DNA of 64,000 nucleotides from Escherichia coli (GTDB lineage Bacteria; Pseudomonadota; Gammaproteobacteria; Enterobacterales; Enterobacteriaceae): NCBI RefSeq assembly GCF_003790525.1, contig NZ_CP033635.1; one strand, 5' to 3'. Shown piece by piece: positions 58,770 to 64,000 of this stretch (position 1 is its first letter; each line of letters starts with the position of its first letter). The notes under the pieces were generated by a model. It saw only the letters and a program-made list of their open reading frames with translations, ran no database searches and was not told where the DNA came from. The position numbers and the translations under genes were made by a program.

Positions 58770-59918
58770 TCACCAACGGTCGGATGAACCGCCGCCTCCT
58801 GAAGAACCGCCGCCACCGCGGAAAGAATTTTTCGACGAAGAGCGAGAATGAGCATTACGATTCCCCGTTTTCCTGTTGCTTTTTTCTCCTGACCCCAGCT
58901 TAAGATTGCCAGTAAATTTGGCCACAATGATCAGCAGAACGATGCCAGCAATGGTTATTGGGCCGATAAAATGATCAATTAACCCAATAATTGTTGAGAT
59001 GAATGCTATATCTTTATTACTGGCGAATACCAGGCACCATCCCACAACAATTATCAGCAGCACGACAAACAATGAGTTTCGTTCGGATTGAGAAACCTGC
59101 TGAGTCGTCTTTTGTTTTTTCACTTTAGCGTTTTTATTTTTTGGGGCCAGCATCATAGGAAATACGCGATACATATGAAAAATTACCGCGAGACGCTGCC
59201 AGCAGGTTGCTGCGAAAAATAAACTAAAACAAACGAGCGATACCCGCCGAATGATGACATCATCCTGAAAGAAGAAAAACCAGACCATAGGAGTAATCAT
59301 CGATATCATCCATATGCCAGGCCCGGGACGGCTGGTAAATCGCCAGAGGACAACGATGGCAACGATCATCAGTAATGTCCAGGCAAGACATGGCAGCGAG
59401 CGTTGCGGATTAGCAAACAGATGATTGGCTAAAGCATCCAAAGGGCTAAGATTCGCTTTTATATAGGTAAACTGTGCGATGCCTTCAATTCCCTGCGTTA
59501 ACCCGGAGAAGAGATTATTTTTTTTGAATTCCGGTTGCATATGGTAATGAACAATTTGCGCAGCTTGTTCCGGTGGCAGCATCTCTTTCAGTCCATGCCC
59601 AATCTTCATTGACGCCAGCCCTTCCGGCCAAACGACGAGAATTAAGATACCTTCGCCGTACCGCTTCTCTCCAACGGGTTTCCAGTGATATAACCCGTAG
59701 CTCTGAGAGGCTGCAAGTTTAATGTTTTTGCCCCCTGTGGTCGGCGTAACCAACACGGCCACCTGGAAGTGGTTTTGCTGCTCGAGAGTCTGTAATTGTT
59801 GATTTAAAGCAGTTTGTTCTTCTGTCGTTAATGTCCCGGTTAAGTCAGTTACTGAAGGCAATTGTTCAGCGAATGCCTGGAAACCATATAGCATCAGAAG
59901 TAAGAGAAAAATACGCAT
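58770..59918 (-). CDS. Divergent TPM-domain polytopic membrane protein (second paralogue)
   Basis: 382 aa with a signal peptide [19 protein letters not shown] and a [12 protein letters not shown]...[11 protein letters not shown]...[20 protein letters not shown] core. Several hydrophobic segments follow. The tail is [17 protein letters not shown]. Confidence 0.8.
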   Translation of the reverse strand: MRIFLLLLMLYGFQAFAEQLPSVTDLTGTLTTEEQTALNQQLQTLEQQNHFQVAVLVTPTTGGKNIKLAASQSYGLYHWKPVGEKRYGEGILILVVWPEGLASMKIGHGLKEMLPPEQAAQIVHYHMQPEFKKNNLFSGLTQGIEGIAQFTYIKANLSPLDALANHLFANPQRSLPCLAWTLLMIVAIVVLWRFTSRPGPGIWMISMITPMVWFFFFQDDVIIRRVSLVCFSLFFAATCWQRLAVIFHMYRVFPMMLAPKNKNAKVKKQKTTQQVSQSERNSLFVVLLIIVVGWCLVFASNKDIAFISTIIGLIDHFIGPITIAGIVLLIIVAKFTGNLKLGSGEKSNRKTGNRNAHSRSSSKNSFRGGGGSSGGGGSSDRW

Positions 59919-59932
59919 TTCAATTCCTTTTG

Positions 59933-60826
59933 TTACCAGCGCCCGGAGGCGCCACCGCCGCCAGATGAACCGCCGCCGCCGCGGAAATTGTCATTGTCGA
60001 ATGAAGAGGATGACGATGACGAATAGTGGGAGGAAGAATTACTTCTTGTATGGCGTGATGGCTGGTTGGTATTACGCATCGAATCCCGAACCTTTTTGCC
60101 GAAGGGAGTAAAAGCGATGGCGACAGCCAGGAACGGTGTGGCGAAGCAGAGTAATGTTGCGAGCACTCCCCAGCTTCCGCTGAAACCTGCTATAGGTAAA
60201 ACAAAGGCCAGTACAATAGCTGCGAAGCAAATCAGTCCCAGCGTTTTGATATATCCTCTGGCAGAAATAAACGTCAGTATTATCGCCCAGACTAACAAAG
60301 CCCACCAACCGCTAAAGGGCAAAGGGTGATCGGTCGGTGTTATCGTTGCTGAATTATTCCCCGTCAGGCGACTTTCAATATCGTTGATCCCCTTTTGTAA
60401 ACCACCAGCCAGGTCGCCTTTTTTAAATGCCGGAATAATACTGTTGCGAATAATTTTCCCGGACTGTACATCCGTAATAATACCTTCCAGTCCGTAACCG
60501 ATTTCAATACGCACGGTATGATCCTGCCAGGCGACTAACAGTAGAACGCCATCATCGCGGTCTTTATCACCCGGTTTCCAGCTATCGAATACCCGCGTTG
60601 CGTACTGCTCGATGGTTTCATCGCCTGTTGTATCAACCACTAACACGACCAACTGTGCGTGGTTTTTTTGCGTCAGGGCTTTAATCTGGTTGGTCAGGGT
60701 GTTTACTTCGCTGTTTGTTAATGTGCCGGTTAAGTCATTCACATACTTGGGGGATTCAGGTACTGGAATTTGTGTGGCAAACACAGATGAACAGAAGAAA
60801 GCCATAAGGAAGATAAAATTTCGCAT
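59933..60826 (-). CDS. TPM-domain membrane protein (first paralogue, YgcG-like)
   Basis: ORF 59933..60856. ATG 60826 (ggggaag RBS) gives MRNFIFLMAFFCSSVFATQ (signal peptide). The core is NDLTGTLTNSE...[29 protein letters not shown]...LLLVAWQDHTVRIEIGYGLEG. TM segments and a Ser-rich linker follow. The tail is [17 protein letters not shown]. Confidence 0.85.
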   Translation of the reverse strand: MRNFIFLMAFFCSSVFATQIPVPESPKYVNDLTGTLTNSEVNTLTNQIKALTQKNHAQLVVLVVDTTGDETIEQYATRVFDSWKPGDKDRDDGVLLLVAWQDHTVRIEIGYGLEGIITDVQSGKIIRNSIIPAFKKGDLAGGLQKGINDIESRLTGNNSATITPTDHPLPFSGWWALLVWAIILTFISARGYIKTLGLICFAAIVLAFVLPIAGFSGSWGVLATLLCFATPFLAVAIAFTPFGKKVRDSMRNTNQPSRHTRSNSSSHYSSSSSSSFDNDNFRGGGGSSGGGGASGRW

Positions 60827-60839
60827 AGAACTTCCCCGC

Positions 60840-61442
60840 TTAATGCGCATTAGCATTCTGGCTAAAATCTATTGTTGGGGCTTTACTTACTGCGGTGACA
60901 TCATCCGGCAAATAATTTTTCTTTGGTGTGTAATCCATGACCTTTGCGGTTAATACAGCGGGGAATTTGCGGATAGTGACATTATATTGTTCAATGGCTT
61001 TAATATATCTTCCTCGCGCAACGGCAATTCTATTTTCACTTCCTTCGAGCTGTACCATTAAGTTTTGATAGAGTTCCTGAGCTTTTAACTCAGGGTAACG
61101 TTCACTAATTATCGTTAACTGACCGAGAGTGCGAGACACCTGCGCCTGGGCTTGTTGCCAGGCTTGTAATTTTTGCGCATCTCCCGGAGCTTGCTGAAGA
61201 TCGCTACTGGCGCGATTAGCCTGGCTACGTGCCAATGTTACGGCTTCCAGTACCTCTTGTTCATGGCTAGAATAACCTTTAATACTGGCGACAAGATTAG
61301 GAATAAGATCGGCGCGACGTTGATATTGATTCAATACCTCAGACCAGGAGGCGTTAACCTGCTCATCATAGGTTTGAATATCGTTATATCCACAGCCTGA
61401 TAAATTGACAATAAATATAATTACGATGAATATCCTGAGCAT
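60840..61442 (-). CDS. lemA: LemA-family protein (probable lipoprotein)
   Basis: 200 aa. The N-terminus MLRIFIVIIFIVNLSGC has a lipobox. The body (YNDIQTYDEQVNASWSEVLNQYQRRADLIPNLV...RIAVARGRYIKAIEQYNVTIRKFP) matches the LemA family pattern. Confidence 0.85.
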   Translation of the reverse strand: MLRIFIVIIFIVNLSGCGYNDIQTYDEQVNASWSEVLNQYQRRADLIPNLVASIKGYSSHEQEVLEAVTLARSQANRASSDLQQAPGDAQKLQAWQQAQAQVSRTLGQLTIISERYPELKAQELYQNLMVQLEGSENRIAVARGRYIKAIEQYNVTIRKFPAVLTAKVMDYTPKKNYLPDDVTAVSKAPTIDFSQNANAH

Positions 61443-61614
61443 GTCTATGTCCCTTTTAATTAATTCCTTAAAACATAATACGCCGCTTCATTTTATTCTT
61501 TATGATCTCATCCACTTTTTGCCTTAAACCTGCCTGTAACAGAATGTTAATAAGACATGATTGTTGTGGCAGGATCTGCAATAATTAACAATTATCCACT
61601 TCACAGAGAATGCT

Positions 61615-62286
61615 ATGCAGTACCCGATTAACGAGATGTTCCAGACCCTGCAAGGTGAGGGTTACTTTACCGGCGTCCCCGCCATTTTTATTCGTTTACA
61701 GGGATGCCCGGTTGGCTGTGCCTGGTGCGACACCAAACACACCTGGGAAAAGCTTGAGGATCGGGAAGTCTCCCTTTTCAGCATTCTGGCGAAGACCAAA
61801 GAGAGTGATAAGTGGGGGGCGGCGAGCAGTGAAGATTTGCTGGCTGTCATTGGTCGGCAGGGATATACCGCGCGGCATGTGGTGATTACGGGTGGTGAGC
61901 CTTGCATTCATGATTTGCTGCCACTGACTGACCTGCTCGAAAAGAACGGTTTTAGCTGCCAGATCGAAACCAGCGGTACTCATGAAGTACGCTGCACGCC
62001 GAATACCTGGGTTACCGTATCGCCAAAGCTGAACATGCGCGGCGGCTATGAAGTGTTGTCACAGGCACTGGAGCGAGCCAACGAAATCAAGCATCCAGTG
62101 GGACGCGTACGTGATATTGAAGCACTGGATGAACTACTGGCAACGCTGACCGATGATAAACCGCGAGTCATTGCACTCCAGCCGATTAGCCAAAAGGATG
62201 ATGCCACACGTTTGTGCATTGAAACCTGCATTGCGCGTAATTGGCGTTTGTCGATGCAAACACATAAATATCTAAATATTGCCTGA
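61615..62286 (+). CDS. queE: 7-carboxy-7-deazaguanine synthase (radical SAM)
   Basis: 223-aa ORF starting MQYPINEMFQTLQGEGYFTGVPAIFIRLQGCPVGCAWCDTKHTW (CX14CX2C-type QueE cluster motif), recognised as QueE (YgcF). Confidence 0.95.
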   Translation: MQYPINEMFQTLQGEGYFTGVPAIFIRLQGCPVGCAWCDTKHTWEKLEDREVSLFSILAKTKESDKWGAASSEDLLAVIGRQGYTARHVVITGGEPCIHDLLPLTDLLEKNGFSCQIETSGTHEVRCTPNTWVTVSPKLNMRGGYEVLSQALERANEIKHPVGRVRDIEALDELLATLTDDKPRVIALQPISQKDDATRLCIETCIARNWRLSMQTHKYLNIA

Positions 62287-62320
62287 TTTGATTATTCATC
62301 ATTAATATTTAACGTTCAGG

Positions 62321-62354
62321 TTGAAAAACAATCGCCCCGTTTTACAGGGGCGAT
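62321..62354 (-). terminator. Intrinsic terminator after scrR, between convergent queE and scrR
   Basis: atcgcccc-gttttaca-ggggcgat hairpin. On the minus strand it is followed by tgTTTTTc. Confidence 0.6.
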
Positions 62355-62371
62355 GCAAGATAGTGACGGGA

Positions 62372-63379
62372 TTATCGGTAGCGTTTTTGTAGACTGGCAG
62401 GAAGATAACGCTGTAATGGGGATGGCGTTTCACCTTCAATCAGTTGCGAAATAAGTTCAAAGCAGTGAAAAGCAAGTTGGCGATTATCCTGTTGTATTGT
62501 GTCGATTCTTACCGAAAGTGAATCATACAAGTAATGATCATCAAAACTCGCCAGGTGGATTTTACTGTCGAGTAAATTATATTGGCTCATATAGCGCAGA
62601 ACGCCTTCCAGTAATCCACAAGCGGCAGTGAATAAGGCTTTAGGGGGACGTCCTAAACGAGCGCATAGCGCGGCAAACATTTCATAGCCTGAGCTCGGAT
62701 GATAATTACCGTGAATAATCCATTCAGGTTGTAGCGTTACTCCGGCTTGCTGCAAGCCTTGTGTAAATCCTTCCAGTCGATCGCGAGTCGGTGACAAACG
62801 GGGTTGTCCGCCCAGAAAATAGAATTCATCCGGGTGACTCCGTGCAATATCTGCCACCAGAGCGGCGGTGGGAGAAACAGAGTCAGTAATGACCAATGGC
62901 AATGTGCTGCCGTTCATGTGGCGATCGAACAACACAACAGGTAATTGCTCGCTAAGTTTTTGATAGTCATTATCATGCAGCATACTGGATGCGACGATTA
63001 ACCCATCAACCTGGCGGGCAATCATATTGTTCACCACCATTGTTTCCTGTGAAGGATTTTCATCAGTACAGGATATGAGGAGTTGGACTCCCGCTTCCCG
63101 ACACAATGTTTCCAGTTCATGGGAAAATACTGCAAATCCGTAGTTAGTGATTTCAGGAACGACGAGACCAATGGTGTGACTGCGGTTGTCCCGTAATGAG
63201 CGGGCATGAATGCTGGGCTGATAATGCTGCTGTTGGGCAATACTCAGCACACGCTCACGCGTTTCCTGCGCAACACGTAACTCTTTGCCACGACCATTGA
63301 GAACCAGACTGGCGGTTGCTTTCGACACTCCCGCCAGTTCAGCAATGTCTTTAATAGTAACGCGTTTGGTTTTTCTCAC
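62372..63379 (-). CDS. scrR: LacI-family sucrose operon repressor
   Basis: 335 aa with a GTG start. (M)[43 protein letters not shown]... and much of the rest match the ScrR sequence of the enterobacterial scrKYABR regulon as I recall it. Confidence 0.85.
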   Translation of the reverse strand: MRKTKRVTIKDIAELAGVSKATASLVLNGRGKELRVAQETRERVLSIAQQQHYQPSIHARSLRDNRSHTIGLVVPEITNYGFAVFSHELETLCREAGVQLLISCTDENPSQETMVVNNMIARQVDGLIVASSMLHDNDYQKLSEQLPVVLFDRHMNGSTLPLVITDSVSPTAALVADIARSHPDEFYFLGGQPRLSPTRDRLEGFTQGLQQAGVTLQPEWIIHGNYHPSSGYEMFAALCARLGRPPKALFTAACGLLEGVLRYMSQYNLLDSKIHLASFDDHYLYDSLSVRIDTIQQDNRQLAFHCFELISQLIEGETPSPLQRYLPASLQKRYR

Positions 63380-63404
63380 GACGAGGATCCGTAATTCAAA
63401 ACCC

Positions 63405-64000
63405 TCATTCTACCATGCAGGCGCGTAGCGACCAGTAGTGTAACGTGACGTCAGACTCGCCCTGTAATATCAGCGAAGCTGGATGATGGGGAAAATAACG
63501 ATTGCTCATTACGCCTTCGCCATTATTGATGAATATCTCTATGCTGGAACTGTCACAGAGAATCTTCAGTGACGTTACGCTTCCTCGCCAGTAACGAGTT
63601 AGTTTCTCTTGCCCTGCAAGGCTTTTCCTCTGTAGTTGAATACCATCGTCATTAAGATGCAGTGCCAGTGCGTTGCCAAAATTCAGATGTAGCTCGCCTG
63701 ATGGAATGATGTCCATTTCCAGACGTTCAATTGCGACAGGCGGCGCATGATCCGCTTTTCCTTGCCAGAAGTGTTCAGCTTCACGCAGTTGCGCGAGTTC
63801 CCTGATTGGCATCTGAAATAATTTTCCCTTCTGGAATGAGAGTTCGCGAAAACAGGTCATTTGATGCTGCCAATGATGCTTTCTGGTTGGTTGCAACATC
63901 TCTTCGCCATCAGGAACCCCCATCCAGCCGACCAGTAATCGTCGCCCGTCCGGGGCTTCCATCGTCTGTGGTGCATAGAATTCAAATCCCGCATCCAGCT
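63405..64000 (-). CDS. scrB: Sucrose-6-phosphate hydrolase (GH32), C-terminal ~198 aa; the 5' part lies outside the window
   Basis: The ORF track gives 63405..63962. Upstream of that Met the frame stays open to the window edge (...[34 protein letters not shown]...), which is a GH32 block, and the C-terminus ends CMVE as in ScrB. It lies 25 nt upstream of scrR. See the note on an extra printed C near 63960. Confidence 0.8.
   Translation of the reverse strand, partial: LDAGFEFYAPQTMEAPDGRRLLVGWMGVPDGEEMLQPTRKHHWQHQMTCFRELSFQKGKLFQMPIRELAQLREAEHFWQGKADHAPPVAIERLEMDIIPSGELHLNFGNALALHLNDDGIQLQRKSLAGQEKLTRYWRGSVTSLKILCDSSSIEIFINNGEGVMSNRYFPHHPASLILQGESDVTLHYWSLRACMVE

Noticed and set aside
63955-64000. 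An apparent extra C (printed ggcttcc|cat, three C) that would frameshift scrB just upstream of Met-63962. The last printed line also has 41 letters, implying 64001 bases.
   Set aside because: The ORF-track translation (MEAPDG = atggaagcc) and the stated 64000-nt length both imply two C. With two C the frame reads the conserved GH32 block [22 protein letters not shown] through to the window edge. I treat the third C as a display inconsistency, not a pseudogene. Re-checking the raw sequence would settle this.

Overview
This is an Escherichia coli-type chromosomal segment. From memory, it is collinear with the reverse complement of the K-12 region running from ptrA-recB-recD to eno-queE. About 45 core genes appear intact: ptrA' recB recD argA amiC mltA tcdA csdE csdA ygdI gcvA ygdD rlmM fucRUKIP/fucAO xni sdaB sdaC ppnN queF syd yqcC truC yqcA gudP gudX gudD barA rlmD relA mazE mazF mazG pyrG eno ygcG queE. 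The window also holds two sRNAs (GcvB, CsrB), three tandem identical initiator tRNA-fMet genes (metZWV), REP/BIME repeats and several intrinsic terminators. Four segments are not in the K-12 gene order as I remember it. (1) A ~5.4 kb AT-rich island lies between amiC and the 3' side of metV. It encodes a RAT/terminator leader, a BglG-family antiterminator, a PTS EIICB, a MalY-like PLP lyase, a CBS-less KdsD-type SIS isomerase and a 2-hydroxyacid dehydrogenase. Its substrate cannot be deduced from the sequence. (2) A complete 1426-bp IS4 is inserted in the shared eno/ygcG terminator hairpin, with a 13-14 bp target duplication. (3) A lemA gene and two extra TPM-domain paralogues sit upstream of ygcG, giving a tight 4-gene module of unknown function. 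All three TPM proteins end in the same Gly-rich ...[10 protein letters not shown](A/S)S(G/D)RW tail. (4) scrR and the 3' part of scrB (sucrose PTS regulon) lie next to queE. I saw no CRISPR array, prophage, integrase or recognisable dedicated defence system other than mazEF. The best candidates for poorly understood biology are the metV-side PTS operon and the lemA-TPMx3 module. All calls come from reading the sequence and ORF track and from recalled protein sequences. No searches were run.
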